Positions 1 through 11,204 of a stretch of DNA of 64,000 nucleotides are shown here, piece by piece. The position numbers were made by a program, and so were the translations under genes. Source of the DNA: an uncultured delta proteobacterium. Lineage in GTDB: Bacteria; Desulfobacterota; Syntrophobacteria; BM002. The notes under the pieces were generated by a model. That model was not told where the DNA came from. It did no database searches and saw only the letters and a list, made by a program, of their open reading frames with translations. The stretch spans positions 17,350 to 81,349 of the forward strand of contig CAVQGX010000038.1 of assembly GCA_963712115.1 (NCBI GenBank), written 5' to 3'. The stretch's first letter is position 1; each line of letters starts with the position of its first letter.

Positions 1-1239
1 CTTTTCGCGGTTGACGTGAAGGAAGTGAAGGTTCCGGTCTCCATTGCGAAAATTGGTCAGGTATGTCGTGCGTTTGTCCAAAACCACGGTTTCCTTGTGG
101 CATTTGAAACAAAGGGAGTACACCTCGAGATCAAAGGGATTGTAAAACTTCTTATCAAAATTGTACTTCAAATTCTTGGCCACATATCCCGCGTGGGGTT
201 CGTGGCAGGTGCTGCAAATCTCTTGCTGGACCGGACCGTGCTTATAAAGAGCATTTTTCGTCTGTTGCTCCATTTTTTTGTGGCAGCTGAAACAAAGGGC
301 CACATCTTTGGGCCCTCCTTTCAAAAGCTTGTTGTAATTGGAGGCATGGGGAGCGTGGCAACCAGCGCACCTGCCCTCGGCCACAGGTTTGTGAACTACC
401 GTGGCACTGGCAATCTGTTTCATCACTTTTTCCGTTTTCTTCTTGTGGCAGTCGACACACAGGGTAAGTTCGTCTTTATTGAGGAGGAACTTGGTCGTCT
501 TGGAGCCGTGAGAGTCATGACAGCCGATGCATCCTTCATCTTTAACGATCTTGTGCAGATACTTGGATTGGCCGATCAAGAGCTTCTGGTTTTTGTGGCA
601 TCTCCAGCATAAATCCACCCCCGTGCTGACAAGTCCGAAAGGAGGATCTTTCTTGATATTGGTATGGCAAATCAAACAGGCTCCAGTGGCCACCGGAGCG
701 TGAACATATCTTACCTTGACCATCTCAATGTGACATTTTGCCGAGACACAGGATTCGCCTTCCTTTATAGGTGAATGGACGGGATGGTACATCTTTGATT
801 TGGCCGCCAATTCGGCCACTCTCTGGGGCATTTTGGTTTCCATTGTCTGATCTTCAAGGATCTTAGGAGAAACCGTGGTCTTCTCCGGTTCTTGCGGGGT
901 CAGTTCTTCAATCGCTTTCAGGTGAAACGCTCTCTCCTCGACACTTTTCAGCGACCTTGGAGCAGGAGACTTTTCTTTGATTGCAGCAGGCTCAGGTTCA
1001 GCGGTTGCAGGCACCGCTGCCTCCACCACAGGGGTGGCCGCTGCGGAGGTTTCTTGCTCGATCTTCGAGGCTATGGGGGCTTTAGACTCTGGTGATGTGA
1101 TGTCCTCCTGAGGAACGGTCTTTACACACCCGACCAGGTACAAAAGAAATAGCAGCGAAGCCCCGATGGCCATCGCCCCGCAAGAGTTAAGACATCTCAG
1201 CACTCCCATTTTCCGTTTTTCCTTTTTTTCCACTCCCAT
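1..1239 (-). CDS. Multiheme c-type cytochrome lipoprotein (paired CXXCH type), runs off window start
   Basis: Absent from ORF track (no stop in window). Manual translation: LLYLVGC lipobox-like leader, Pro/Ala/Glu linker, then 9 heme motifs (CVSAKCH, CLICH, CWRCH, CIGCH, CVDCH, CAGCH, CFSCH, CSTCH, CFKCH) with HxPVxxGxCxxCHxPH repeats. Confidence 0.88.
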   Translation of the reverse strand, partial: MGVEKKEKRKMGVLRCLNSCGAMAIGASLLFLLYLVGCVKTVPQEDITSPESKAPIASKIEQETSAAATPVVEAAVPATAEPEPAAIKEKSPAPRSLKSVEERAFHLKAIEELTPQEPEKTTVSPKILEDQTMETKMPQRVAELAAKSKMYHPVHSPIKEGESCVSAKCHIEMVKVRYVHAPVATGACLICHTNIKKDPPFGLVSTGVDLCWRCHKNQKLLIGQSKYLHKIVKDEGCIGCHDSHGSKTTKFLLNKDELTLCVDCHKKKTEKVMKQIASATVVHKPVAEGRCAGCHAPHASNYNKLLKGGPKDVALCFSCHKKMEQQTKNALYKHGPVQQEICSTCHEPHAGYVAKNLKYNFDKKFYNPFDLEVYSLCFKCHKETVVLDKRTTYLTNFRNGDRNLHFLHVNREK

Positions 1240-1252
1240 AATGCACCCGTAT

Positions 1253-1317
1253 TAACCCGGATATTTCACCAGTTGCCTGCTGCGACCGTGACGGCAATTC
1301 ATGAAGCATCCGGGTTG
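1253..1317. repeat. Short MITE-like copy (CCCGGATATTTCA terminal inverted repeat family)
   Basis: TAACCCGGATATTTCA...TCATGAAGCATCCGGGTT; same ends as 13106-13347. Confidence 0.65.
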
Positions 1318-1358
1318 GAGTTAGAGTTTACGAGACAGAATCCGCAAGACTTCCTTCC

Positions 1359-3533
1359 CTATTTCTCTTGTGAGGCCACTTTCAAGCCAAGAGGCAGTTT
1401 CTTGAAGCGGCCTCCGTATATTATTGGATCACCCTTGTAACCAAGAGCCTTGAAGTCGAGCCAATCGGTTGCGTTAATCTGACTCCGATCAGCTTTTCGG
1501 GTGAGATGTATCAATTTTTCGTCGATGCCAGAAAAAGCCAGTTCCTTAAAATCCACCCCGCCCTTCTTCTGATGGCAGCGCCCACAGGAAAGTTGGTTCC
1601 TCAGACTTTCATGGCACTGAACACAGGAAAGGGCAAACACCTTGGGTAGGACTTCATGATTGAGGCTGAGGTACATGACGGTCTCTACCCACTTATACTC
1701 GCCGCTGTAGGCCAGTCCGGAAGCCGCGGCTCCGGAGGCAAAGGATCTCTGCCAATCCAGGGTTTGCCAAAAACCACCAACCCCCGCCAGATGCGGCACC
1801 AGGAGGTAGTTGTACTTGGCATCGGCGGCCTGAGTGCCACCCATGATTTTAAAAGGATAAATCTTTGACTCCTGATCTCTCATATCGCCTACAGGTTCAT
1901 TGAGGCTGGTAACACCTTCGGAATTGATCTGGTCGCCTAAAAGGTAACGCTTTACTTGGCCGTTGTACCAGGCATAAACCGGCTTGATTTCATGACCCCA
2001 GGTAAAGTCCCCTGCCTGCCAGGAGTAATCCGGCATGCCAAATTCGTCCCGTTTGACTTCGCGGTCTTTGTCTCCTGCAGTGGACCAATCCCAATAGGTC
2101 TTCACCGGGGTGTACTTGGCGTATACGGGGTGATGACAGGTCACACAGGCTATGTGGTCTGAGTGTTTGTTCAGGTGATGGGTCAATAAGGAATTTTCCT
2201 GGTGTGGAGCATCTGTGTGACAGTGGTTACAAGATCGGCTGCCTTCAGCCACAGGCAGGGCGATACTGCGGCCGCTGATCTTGTGGTTGCTTGTCTTGTG
2301 GCAATCATGGCACTGAAAACCCAAGCCTCCCATGTGGACATCGCAACTGCTGCCGTGAAAATCAAGAAGGGCGTTTAGTTTGCCGTGCCTGACAAAGTCC
2401 TGGTCACCACCTGAGAAATGACAGTTGCCGCAGCTTTTTCGACTGGGCTTGCCTACTTTTTTGGCAACCAGGACCAAATCCACTGAAGGGTCTGGCATAC
2501 CTGCGGCTTTGAGATCTTTACTGTAAGTTCCGGTGGTATCGTGGCACACGAGGCAGTCGATCCTGGTTTGGTCGGCAAAGTCAAAGGTTGCGTCTTTCCA
2601 ACCATAACCGGCATGACAGCCCGTACAACGAGGCCAGTTGCTGAAAACGCTCACGCAGAAATTGTTGACGGTTACAGTGGCCTTGCCCATATCTACCCGC
2701 TTGTCTTTACCCAGGGTGAATGGAGAAGGACCTTTCCACAGCCAGTGAGTGGAGCTGAGCATCTCCTCGCCTTGTGCAGGGTGGCAACGGAGGCACTCTT
2801 TTGTTACTTGGATTGGATCAGGCTTTCCGGAAAGCTCCACGAGGTCGGTATGGTCCCTGACTCTCTTTTCGTGGCAACCGCTCGAGCACCGGATGGGGCC
2901 CCTATGGAGCTGCTTGTGGCAGCCCGTGCACTGGCGGTGAATAGCACCTTTGAGCCCTACACGGTCCGGTGCTATGGGGTGGAAGGAATTCTGATGGCAG
3001 GCCGAACAACGCATGGTCTCCGAACCATCAGGCGCGTTTGGCCGATAATGATGACACACGGTACAATCATTTGAAATACTTGCATGCTTTCTGTGCATGA
3101 AGCGAACCGGCCCATAAAAATCATCTTCCTCGTTGATCAGAGGACTATTTATGACAAAGAAGTTGTACTCAGGAGGAATATCTTTGGGCCTCAGCCTGTA
3201 GGCAAGGCGGGCACGTCTTTCTGAAGCTGTTTCCTTGTAGACATCCTTGACCAGAGGTATTGTCTCCTTGGCTCGTTTTCTTGCCGAGGCCTCCCGATCA
3301 TGCCATGCCCTGTGAACCGGCGGATTGGTCTTGACTACCGCATGTTTTGACTCGTCACCCCTATCTCTTTCAAAGATACTGTCAATAACACCTACCAAAA
3401 CCTCTCTAAAGTCGGTTTTGTCAGCCCTATCAGCTTCAGCTTCAGCCCGCGCAATTGCCAGAACCGTTAGCAGCGACAGGGCAATCAAGCTTATCAACAC
3501 AATTGTCGGTTTGCTTTTGCTCGAGCGCTTCAT
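1359..3533 (-). CDS. Octaheme tetrathionate reductase (OTR) family cytochrome with N-terminal cytochrome c3 domain
   Basis: Signal peptide; c3-like block (FMHRKH, CTVCHH, CSACH, HRQCTGCH, CSSGCH); OTR-like motifs HWLW, GKxxxxVNNFC, CTGCHAGYGW, IDCLVCHD, WDWSTAG; 13 heme motifs in total. Confidence 0.88.
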   Translation of the reverse strand: MKRSSKSKPTIVLISLIALSLLTVLAIARAEAEADRADKTDFREVLVGVIDSIFERDRGDESKHAVVKTNPPVHRAWHDREASARKRAKETIPLVKDVYKETASERRARLAYRLRPKDIPPEYNFFVINSPLINEEDDFYGPVRFMHRKHASISNDCTVCHHYRPNAPDGSETMRCSACHQNSFHPIAPDRVGLKGAIHRQCTGCHKQLHRGPIRCSSGCHEKRVRDHTDLVELSGKPDPIQVTKECLRCHPAQGEEMLSSTHWLWKGPSPFTLGKDKRVDMGKATVTVNNFCVSVFSNWPRCTGCHAGYGWKDATFDFADQTRIDCLVCHDTTGTYSKDLKAAGMPDPSVDLVLVAKKVGKPSRKSCGNCHFSGGDQDFVRHGKLNALLDFHGSSCDVHMGGLGFQCHDCHKTSNHKISGRSIALPVAEGSRSCNHCHTDAPHQENSLLTHHLNKHSDHIACVTCHHPVYAKYTPVKTYWDWSTAGDKDREVKRDEFGMPDYSWQAGDFTWGHEIKPVYAWYNGQVKRYLLGDQINSEGVTSLNEPVGDMRDQESKIYPFKIMGGTQAADAKYNYLLVPHLAGVGGFWQTLDWQRSFASGAAASGLAYSGEYKWVETVMYLSLNHEVLPKVFALSCVQCHESLRNQLSCGRCHQKKGGVDFKELAFSGIDEKLIHLTRKADRSQINATDWLDFKALGYKGDPIIYGGRFKKLPLGLKVASQEK

Positions 3534-4756
3534 GATGACTCCTTTTCCATGCTGGCAAGACTGGGAGCGCTTAGCACAGGAAGATAGGTAACAGCCAGGC
3601 GATAAAAAAATGTGATACTGCAGAGCAAGCAGGCTGTTATCGCTATCTCGCTGATGGAGGGGAAGTAGGATTTGACCGCATAAGGAGGGTTGAATCCGAT
3701 AAGAAAAACATTACAGCGATTCAGGGCAATTCCCAGTACGACAGTGGTGCAGGCGACAAACAGAGTATGCCTTTTTGCGCGCAGTCGCTGGCTCATCAAC
3801 ATAAACCAGGGAATGATCATTGCCAGCATCTCCACAATAAAGGAGCGGCTTTCAATTGAGCCATCAAATAAATAGACGTAGGTTCCCCGGAAAAGCATAT
3901 CGCCGATTTTCAGGGTTATGTAGAATCCCAGCAAGTATTTGGTGACTCCCGTGAGGGGGGCCAAAACCTCCATTTCATCTGCCCGTTTAAATGAGGCGGT
4001 GGCCACTGTGGTTTCAAAAACAACCATGGGATAACCCGCAGCAATGGCCGAAGTAAGAAAGAGCAGGGGCAAAATGGGAGTGTACCAGAGGGGATGCAGC
4101 TTGGTCGGGGCGATGAGCATGAGCGATCCCAGCCCCGACTGGTGCATACAGGAGAGGACCACCCCGGCAATGATGAAGACCCACATGGTCTTGCCGAGTA
4201 TCCCGTCGGCCAATGCCAAAAGACGCTCAAGCCGATCATTGAGAATGGCAAATGGCCCCGGGAGGTTCACCCTTCCTTTAAAACGCTCTACCACAATAGG
4301 AATGAATTCGATATAGAGAACGTGCGTATAGACCACCACGCACATGGCCACTTCAAAAAGAACCGAGTTTCCCTGCCAGAACAGTAGGGGTTTCGGCAGG
4401 GCCCAAGAACGTCCCACATCAATGGCAAGACCGATTGCCACAAAGGTGTAGCCCAGGGTGGCGGTCAACAAAGCCGGTCGAGTTACTGCCTCATACTGGT
4501 GCCTGCCAAAGATGTGGGCTATAGCTGCCGTGGTAAATCCACCAGCGGCGAGAGCCACACCCGTGGCTACATCGATGCCAATCCATAATCCCCAGGGATG
4601 CTGATTGTCCAGGTTGCTAACCACCGCTAAGCCTCCGATGTAGCGGGCAACGATAAAACAAAATCCCATCAACATGACAGCAAACAGGACCAGGACACCC
4701 GGGGTCCAGAACCTCATTTCAAGGGGGGCAGGTTTGGGGTGAGCATGAGAACTCAT
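3530..4756 (-). CDS. NrfD/PsrC family membrane subunit (HybB/HmcC-like)
   Basis: [46 protein letters not shown]; multiple TM segments. Confidence 0.9.
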   Translation of the reverse strand: MSSHAHPKPAPLEMRFWTPGVLVLFAVMLMGFCFIVARYIGGLAVVSNLDNQHPWGLWIGIDVATGVALAAGGFTTAAIAHIFGRHQYEAVTRPALLTATLGYTFVAIGLAIDVGRSWALPKPLLFWQGNSVLFEVAMCVVVYTHVLYIEFIPIVVERFKGRVNLPGPFAILNDRLERLLALADGILGKTMWVFIIAGVVLSCMHQSGLGSLMLIAPTKLHPLWYTPILPLLFLTSAIAAGYPMVVFETTVATASFKRADEMEVLAPLTGVTKYLLGFYITLKIGDMLFRGTYVYLFDGSIESRSFIVEMLAMIIPWFMLMSQRLRAKRHTLFVACTTVVLGIALNRCNVFLIGFNPPYAVKSYFPSISEIAITACLLCSITFFYRLAVTYLPVLSAPSLASMEKESS

Positions 4757-5688
4757 ACGTATTCCTCCTGTGCAAGCAGTTCCGGAGCATGGTTGTTGAT
4801 CTGCGCAGGATTAATTTTCCACATGACCCCTGCGAGAATGGTAAACAAGGTAATGGGCGCCCACATATAGGCAAAAATCGAGTGCTGGATGGTCTCGGTA
4901 AGATGGGGCATGGGATAATGGGGCAAACTCAGAAAGCCCAGCTTTTCAAATGGCTCCTTTGAAATGTACATCCAGGATGTTCCGCCCACTTCAGACTCGC
5001 CGTAAATTTTGTTGAGATAACGCATAGGGTTAGCTGCTATCTTCCGGCGGGTCACTTCCAGCAGCATCTGGCGGTTGCCAAAGGTGATTGCCTCCATGGG
5101 GCAAGCAGCAGCACAGCCGGGTTTTCCTCCCGTGCTGATGCGATCGTAACAAAAGGTACATTTTCGCACCCGGGGTGTGAGAGGATCAAAATACTCATAA
5201 GCAGGGATCTGGAAAGGACAGGCCACCAGGCAGTAACGACAACCAACACACTTGGATTTGTCATAGTTGACTGCGCCGTTGTCTTTCTTGTGCAAGGCGC
5301 CGGTGATACAGGCCGAAGCACAAGCCGGATCCTGACAGTGCATGCACTGGACTTTGACATAGGTGGGTATCAATTCGTTTTGCTCATCAAGCCTACCGGA
5401 GTAGTAGCGGTTTATTACCGTAAAAGCGCTGGTGCCGGGCCTGCGCTTTTGGTCGAGAACAGTCCGATCGTCGAGCCGTTCCTTTGGTGGCGGCAGATGG
5501 TTCACGCGATTGCAGGCCTGTTCGCAGGTTCGACAGCCAACGCAAGCAGTTAGATCCACTACGCAGCCGTAAGGATTCGGAGGGGCTTTCGGCTCCCGTG
5601 CAGCAAATGCGTTTCTGGCACTGCCTGTGGCAGCAGAGCTTATCATGGCTCCTGCAACACCTAAAAAATGGCGCCTGCTAATGTTCAT
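4753..5688 (-). CDS. 4Fe-4S polyferredoxin subunit (HybA/HmcB-like), Tat-exported
   Basis: SRRHFL Tat motif; [40 protein letters not shown]...CAAACP; C-terminal TM helix. Confidence 0.92.
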   Translation of the reverse strand: MNISRRHFLGVAGAMISSAATGSARNAFAAREPKAPPNPYGCVVDLTACVGCRTCEQACNRVNHLPPPKERLDDRTVLDQKRRPGTSAFTVINRYYSGRLDEQNELIPTYVKVQCMHCQDPACASACITGALHKKDNGAVNYDKSKCVGCRYCLVACPFQIPAYEYFDPLTPRVRKCTFCYDRISTGGKPGCAAACPMEAITFGNRQMLLEVTRRKIAANPMRYLNKIYGESEVGGTSWMYISKEPFEKLGFLSLPHYPMPHLTETIQHSIFAYMWAPITLFTILAGVMWKINPAQINNHAPELLAQEEYV

Positions 5689-5799
5689 CTTCAATCCTTT
5701 GGTTCCATGGTTGTCAGGAAAGTTTGATAATTTATATGAGGAAATGGCCTCTGTGCTTTACATAGTGCAAGTAAGTCTCATTTCAAGATTTGCTAATAT

Positions 5800-6858
5800 T
5801 TACTTTTTGGCTAGGCCGGATTGTAAAAGCCCCACATGGAGATAGCCAGGTTTCCAGCCTCTCCAGCCGCGGTGACAGTCGAAGCACCGCGCAGTGGGTT
5901 TGGCGACATGCTCCGCATGCATCAGCTTTTTGTTGTCTTTTTCTTTAAGGTCTTTTTCCTGGAGGTGACACTGTTGACAATTCTCTTTTACGCCGCCAGC
6001 TCCCATTATCAAGGCGATGTTCATGGTTCTATTTTCGAAGTATTCCCGGTACGAAGCGCCTCCCACCGCCTTCAGCAGGTCAAGATGACACCCGGCGCAC
6101 GAAACCTTTTCTCTCTTAAGCATGGCATGGGTAACCCGCTTTCCGCCGGTTTCCTGGATGGGCTTTGCAGGAAGGGTGTGGCATAGCTCACATTTGCCTC
6201 GGCCCTGGTTATATTCGGCGTTCTTGAAATGACAAAGGGTGCAGGATGCCTTGCTCACTTCAAAGTGTTTGTCTTCGGTCAAATGCTGGTGGCAGGAAGT
6301 ACAACCCATCTTCATGCCCTCGATCTGTTTTTTCTCGTCGAAATGGGGTTTATGGACAAACTTTATTTTTTTCTCGCCCATCTCGATTCCTTTGGTCATG
6401 AAATCGTCCCCAGGCTTGCCGTGGCAGTCAGGTGTCAGGCAACTGGCATCAACGATAGTCGACCTTGTTTGAATTGATTCACCACCAATAGGAAGATAGC
6501 TGAAACGGTCTTGCATGTCGGCTGAGATGTTTTTGGGGATATGTTTGTCCTTTGCTGCTCCATTCATTTGGTGGGCTTGCTGCACCTTTTCATCGTATTG
6601 AGGCGGGTAATGACAGTCCACACAACTCGCTTTAATGTGTTTGCTCTTTTTCCAGAGTTCGTACCCCTTATTAAAGATGGCTGGATAGGTGAGCAGATGG
6701 CAATAGCCGCAGTAATACTGAGGTTTAGAGATTGCAGGCTGCGGCAGTTCAGTGACCACTGCTGCCTCTTGGTCGGCCCCCAAAGCAGAGACGGACAAGA
6801 TCAGGCTCGCCACCACGGCCAGGACAACAAGCTGATGGATTCTTTTATCACTGCACAT
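5800..6858 (-). CDS. Multiheme c-type cytochrome (9 heme motifs), C-terminus possibly truncated
   Basis: Signal peptide; eight CXXCH plus one CX4CH. Confidence 0.85.
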   Translation of the reverse strand: MCSDKRIHQLVVLAVVASLILSVSALGADQEAAVVTELPQPAISKPQYYCGYCHLLTYPAIFNKGYELWKKSKHIKASCVDCHYPPQYDEKVQQAHQMNGAAKDKHIPKNISADMQDRFSYLPIGGESIQTRSTIVDASCLTPDCHGKPGDDFMTKGIEMGEKKIKFVHKPHFDEKKQIEGMKMGCTSCHQHLTEDKHFEVSKASCTLCHFKNAEYNQGRGKCELCHTLPAKPIQETGGKRVTHAMLKREKVSCAGCHLDLLKAVGGASYREYFENRTMNIALIMGAGGVKENCQQCHLQEKDLKEKDNKKLMHAEHVAKPTARCFDCHRGWRGWKPGYLHVGLLQSGLAKK

Positions 6859-6940
6859 GGTCAGATACCTCTTTCTTATGATGGGTGCAAGGTCTCCCCT
6901 GCTAAGACTTTAGGTGGATATGGAAGAAGAACTTGAGCCT

Positions 6941-7312
6941 TCATACTTCTAAGGAGCTCTTCACCCAAAAGACCAACTCTTCCTCGTCAACCGGTGTGCC
7001 GAGACAGGCGTAAATGTGACTGCTCATGGCTTCTTGCAATTCAGGATGAAAAGAGCGACTAGAAAAACCTATGATGCGAAGTGAGGGGTTTTTTCTCTTG
7101 AGTTTCCTGATGAGTCTGTTATCTACGTGCAGGCTGTCCAGATCCAGAATTGCCAGGCGACAATCGCATCCCTTTATCCCCCCCGCTAAGTGCTCAAGTG
7201 AATCCAACAGCTCGATTGGATAATCCTCTCCTTCCAGGGCAGCGCAAAGCTCGAGGCAATTTTGTTCATTGGCACTTACAACTAAAATCGGATCTTGCAT
7301 CCAGATCTCCAA
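6941..7312 (-). CDS. Single-domain atypical (pseudo)receiver protein
   Basis: Receiver-like pattern ILVV...AILDLD...IIGFS...TPVDEEEL, lacking the acidic pair and conserved Lys. Confidence 0.7.
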   Translation of the reverse strand: MEIWMQDPILVVSANEQNCLELCAALEGEDYPIELLDSLEHLAGGIKGCDCRLAILDLDSLHVDNRLIRKLKRKNPSLRIIGFSSRSFHPELQEAMSSHIYACLGTPVDEEELVFWVKSSLEV

Positions 7313-7356
7313 AGGAATAACACTCTGTCCTGGTCACCTTACTGCCACCCTTATTG

Positions 7357-7372
7357 CGCAAATCCTGTGCCA
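7357..7372 (-). promoter_or_regulatory. sigma54 -24/-12 promoter of the cytochrome operon
   Basis: TGGCACAGGATTTGCG on minus strand matches TGGCAC-N5-TTGC. Confidence 0.8.
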
Positions 7373-7550
7373 GCAAAAAAGATTCGAAGGTTAAAGTCGG
7401 CCCGTTATTGGGAAGGGTCGAAGGAGATTTGTAGACAAATAATTGAAAACATTAGACAAAGCTGCTTAGATTAATGGAGGGTTAAATGTTGAAAAAAGCA
7501 AAACAGCTTCGTAGTTTAGAGAGGACTTGGTCCGGATGCTCGAGGTCGTC

Positions 7551-7644
7551 TGTAAAGATAGCTAACAGCATTTTTTTGAAATCAGATTTGCCATCTAATT
7601 TGTCATGAAATAATAATGCCTTAGCTTTGTAAGGAATCCTTACA
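7551..7644. promoter_or_regulatory. Candidate bEBP upstream activating sequences (TGT-N11-ACA)
   Basis: TGTAAAGATAGCTAACA (7551) and dyad TGTAAGGAATCCTTACA (7628), about 180-270 nt upstream of the sigma54 site. Confidence 0.55.
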
Positions 7645-7777
7645 CGCAATTTTGCCTGTCAACTAACAGATGAGAATGGAAGGACTGGTCTAGTCTGGCG
7701 CTCAGCCGTCAGCAAAATATCATAAAAAACAAGGGTTTAAGCTGCTAGCTGATTGTCTCGCCGCGGCGGGACTGACT

Positions 7778-7968
7778 GCTCCATCCGGAAATCTACGATT
7801 TCCGGATGGAAACTTTCTGGAGTTTCCAATTCATAAATGAGGAATTTGTCGCAAGGTCGAGGAGATCAAGGGATTGCGCGGAGGCGTACTGTATAGTACG
7901 TCGCACAAGAAATCCCGCAGATTGATCCGCCTGCGGCGGAGTAAAGGCCCATTTATGGATGGAAACTA
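7778..7968. repeat. MITE-like elements with TTTCCATCC-type terminal inverted repeats
   Basis: CCATCCGGAAATC-GATTTCCGGATGG hairpin, then GTTTCCAATTCATAAATG...CATTTATGGATGGAAAC with internal GAGGCGTAC/GTACGTC dyad related to the 13106 MITE. Confidence 0.6.
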
Positions 7969-10881
7969 GTGAGTGGTAGGCTTAGTAATCTGATACCTCT
8001 TGAGCTTGTCATAAAGGGCGGTCCGGCTGATCCCTAGATGTTGGGCCGCCTCTTTTTTGACCCAACCGCACTTCTCCAGGGTTTCCAGCAGCAGATTCTT
8101 TTCCTGTTCCTCAATGGTGGGCAGTCGGTCAGTCAGAATGTGACTCCCATGGGCCTGGACTGTGGCGGGCAGGTCTGAGGCCTCAACTTGGCCTCCCTTG
8201 GCCAGTACGGTTGCGTGCTCAATACTGTTTTCCAACTCCCGGACATTGCCCGGCCAGTTGTAATCTAGGAGCAATCGCATGGCCTCGGGGGTAAATCCTT
8301 GAATCTCCTTTTCCTGTTCCTTGATGAACCTGCTGAGAAAATGGCGGGCCAGCAGGGGGATATCATTGCGCCGCTCCCTGAGTGCCGGCAAGTGGATAGG
8401 AATGACGTTGAGACGGTAGTAGAGATCCTCGCGGAAATTACCATTTTTCACCTCCTGGAGGAGGTCCTTGTTTGTAGCTGCAAGTATGTGCACGTCCACG
8501 GACAGAGTCTTTTCGCCTCCCAAGCGCTCAAATCTTTGCGACTGAATCACGCGAAGAAGCTTGATCTGGGCCGATGGAGCAATTTCGCCAATCTCATCCA
8601 AAAATACAGTGCCCCCATGGGCCTGCTCGAAGCGCCCGATCTTTTGGCGGATGGCTCCGGTGAAGGCGCCTCTCTCGTGGCCGAAGAGTTCGCTTTCCAG
8701 AAGGGTAGCTGGGTAGGCTGAGCAATTGATTACCACAAAAGGCTTGCTATGGCGAGGACTTCGTCGGTGAATGGCCCGGGCCACCAACTCTTTGCCGGTG
8801 CCGCTCTCACCCTCAATGAGGACGGTGGCGTCTGTGGGAGCAATGTCCTCAATCAGCTTGTAGATCACCTGCATTTTGGGATCCTTGCCAGTAAGGCCGC
8901 TGAATTCTGCCGTAGTCTCCACCCGTTTCTCTAGATCGCGTATTTCTTCTTCGTAGGATACGGCCTTTTTTATTGTTTCGGATGCATACTCCAGGACCAG
9001 TGCAACCATCTCGAGTGCCTTTTCGTCGCACAGGCAGTCCGCTTGACAGGTAATGACAAAAGCGCCTTCGAGCTGATCTCGAATTCGTAAGGGAATGATG
9101 GTCTGCCGGGCTGCCGGAAAGTAATCGGGTATGAGTGGGGGGTTGAACTTACTTTTGGGTGCTATAGTCATGCCATCCAGATCTTTCAGGATAGTCTGAG
9201 CGGTTTTAATCAGCTCTGGGTCTTCATTGGTAGAGATTCCCGCCTCCATCAAGGTGAAGAGCATATTGCGCTCGCTATTGAAAATATGAAGCAGGGTGTA
9301 CTGGCTGCCCACAATGTTTTGCACTGCCTTCATGAGCAAAGAGCCCACTCCGTTGAGCGTCCGATAGGAGCCGATCTGTTTGAGCATACTGCAAAATGTG
9401 TCCATCTCGCTGTGTGCCCGTTCGAGATCCTCTTCGGCCTGCTTACGGTCGGTTACATCTGCGGCAATCTGCAACACAACCGTACGGCCGTCCACCCAGC
9501 GGATTGCTCGATCACGAACTTCGTACCATTTTCCGGTTGCCTGCTTTTGAAATTCTCGGAGATTCACTCCGGCTGGCTCACCATCAGGGGTGAGCAGTCT
9601 TTCCTTTGTACAGAAATCGCAAGGACCGGATTGACCATCCTGCATAACCTGCCAGCAGACCTTCCCGTCCACCTCGCCAAAAAGATCTCGAACATACTTG
9701 TTCCCATAAAGGATTTCGTACGTTTCCACATCCGCCACATAAACAGCGGCATCCAGGCTGTCCAAAACAGTAAGAAGTCTGCGATGAGATTCTTGAAAGT
9801 CCCTGGTCTTAACCTCGACCTGAGCTTCCAGAGTCTTGTTATAGCGAAAAGACATTGCCACGGCATAGGAACAGCCAAGAAGGATGGATATGGTAACGAG
9901 TGCTACCAGCAAAAGGTGTTTAACATAGGCTGAGCGGATCGACCTGGTTGCATCTTTCTTGGGTGCCCATACCCCTAATGTCCACATCTGTGGACCGAGG
10001 CGTACCGGCATATAGGCCATAAGCTTGTCTTCATTGTCTCTTGAATACTGACCAGTAGAATAATCGAACCGGTAGTAGGAATATTCTGCTGTGCCGGTAT
10101 CTCCGGCAGTCATCTTCTCCAATATCTGTTGAAATGACGGAGACCCCTCGGCCTCTTTCAAAAGGTTTTTTCTGAAGAGCGAGCTGTCAGGCTCCCAGAT
10201 TACCTTAGATCCGCTGTCGATGAGAAAAGCGTGTCCTCCCCCGGTAGACTTGACAGGGGCAACCAACTTGTCAATCAGGTAGTCTAAATCGAGGCTGCAG
10301 AAGGCCACTCCGGCAAATCGGCCAAATGGAGATGGTTGGCTCTTGTCCTTTCGGGCCGCAAACATAGGCACGGCTACTACCATCCCTGCTTGATCCGTGT
10401 CAACGGGCTTGGAGTCGATGAACCGGATGATGTAGTTTTCGGAGGAGGTCATCTCCTTTGCTTCCAGATAATACCTTCGCTGTGAGAAATCAGCACCCTC
10501 GGAATGAGGAGCACTTGCACTGAATCTCAAAACTCCATTTGCATCCAACACTCCAATGTCCTTTACTCCCAACCGTTCAAGTTCATGGATTTCCAGCGCC
10601 AACACATGTCTGGTTGTGATTTCATCAAAGCGAAGAACCCCTTCCATTCTCGCCATGGCGTGCATGGCCTCTGCCAGATTTCTGAAGTAGAGCTCGACCC
10701 CGCCAACTGCCCCTTTTGCCATAACCAATTGCCGCTGGTTGAACTCTTTCAAAGTCGCCTGCTCTGTGGCTTTAAAAGATTGATAGCCAGCTACTAGAAT
10801 AACAGCTACCAGTAGAAGGCCACTAATGGCGATAAGCCATGGCCTCTCATTAAGTACCGTTATAACTTTATTTAGGTTCAT
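7966..10881 (-). CDS. Membrane-anchored sigma54-dependent activator (TM-Cache-TM-PAS-GAF-like-AAA+-HTH)
   Basis: Two TM helices around a Cache-like domain (DFSQRRYY); [31 protein letters not shown], Fis-type HTH. Confidence 0.9.
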   Translation of the reverse strand: MNLNKVITVLNERPWLIAISGLLLVAVILVAGYQSFKATEQATLKEFNQRQLVMAKGAVGGVELYFRNLAEAMHAMARMEGVLRFDEITTRHVLALEIHELERLGVKDIGVLDANGVLRFSASAPHSEGADFSQRRYYLEAKEMTSSENYIIRFIDSKPVDTDQAGMVVAVPMFAARKDKSQPSPFGRFAGVAFCSLDLDYLIDKLVAPVKSTGGGHAFLIDSGSKVIWEPDSSLFRKNLLKEAEGSPSFQQILEKMTAGDTGTAEYSYYRFDYSTGQYSRDNEDKLMAYMPVRLGPQMWTLGVWAPKKDATRSIRSAYVKHLLLVALVTISILLGCSYAVAMSFRYNKTLEAQVEVKTRDFQESHRRLLTVLDSLDAAVYVADVETYEILYGNKYVRDLFGEVDGKVCWQVMQDGQSGPCDFCTKERLLTPDGEPAGVNLREFQKQATGKWYEVRDRAIRWVDGRTVVLQIAADVTDRKQAEEDLERAHSEMDTFCSMLKQIGSYRTLNGVGSLLMKAVQNIVGSQYTLLHIFNSERNMLFTLMEAGISTNEDPELIKTAQTILKDLDGMTIAPKSKFNPPLIPDYFPAARQTIIPLRIRDQLEGAFVITCQADCLCDEKALEMVALVLEYASETIKKAVSYEEEIRDLEKRVETTAEFSGLTGKDPKMQVIYKLIEDIAPTDATVLIEGESGTGKELVARAIHRRSPRHSKPFVVINCSAYPATLLESELFGHERGAFTGAIRQKIGRFEQAHGGTVFLDEIGEIAPSAQIKLLRVIQSQRFERLGGEKTLSVDVHILAATNKDLLQEVKNGNFREDLYYRLNVIPIHLPALRERRNDIPLLARHFLSRFIKEQEKEIQGFTPEAMRLLLDYNWPGNVRELENSIEHATVLAKGGQVEASDLPATVQAHGSHILTDRLPTIEEQEKNLLLETLEKCGWVKKEAAQHLGISRTALYDKLKRYQITKPTTH

Positions 10882-11204
10882 GGTTTTTCCATAGCAAATA
10901 GTAAAGCGATGGCGCAAAACACCGACGGCGCCGTGAGACTGCTGAAAGCAGTCAGAGTTTGGCGGTGATTGACAAATTCTCCCTAGAAATGGAGTGGAGT
11001 AATTAATTTGATAATTAGAGAAAAATTACTACTAGTACCTCACCTATATATCAATATATATGCCAGAAAATCTGTGACTTGATACATTACTAAAAACAAT
11101 AGGTTAGATATTTTTGCCCTTCCTCTACCTTGGTGATACTTGGTGAAATGACCAAATGTGATCGGTGATTTCACCCGGTGCGAAGGAAGAGCGCTAAGCG
11201 TAAG

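Noticed and set aside
16-612. 198-aa plus-strand ORF
   Set aside because: Antisense shadow of the multiheme cytochrome on the minus strand
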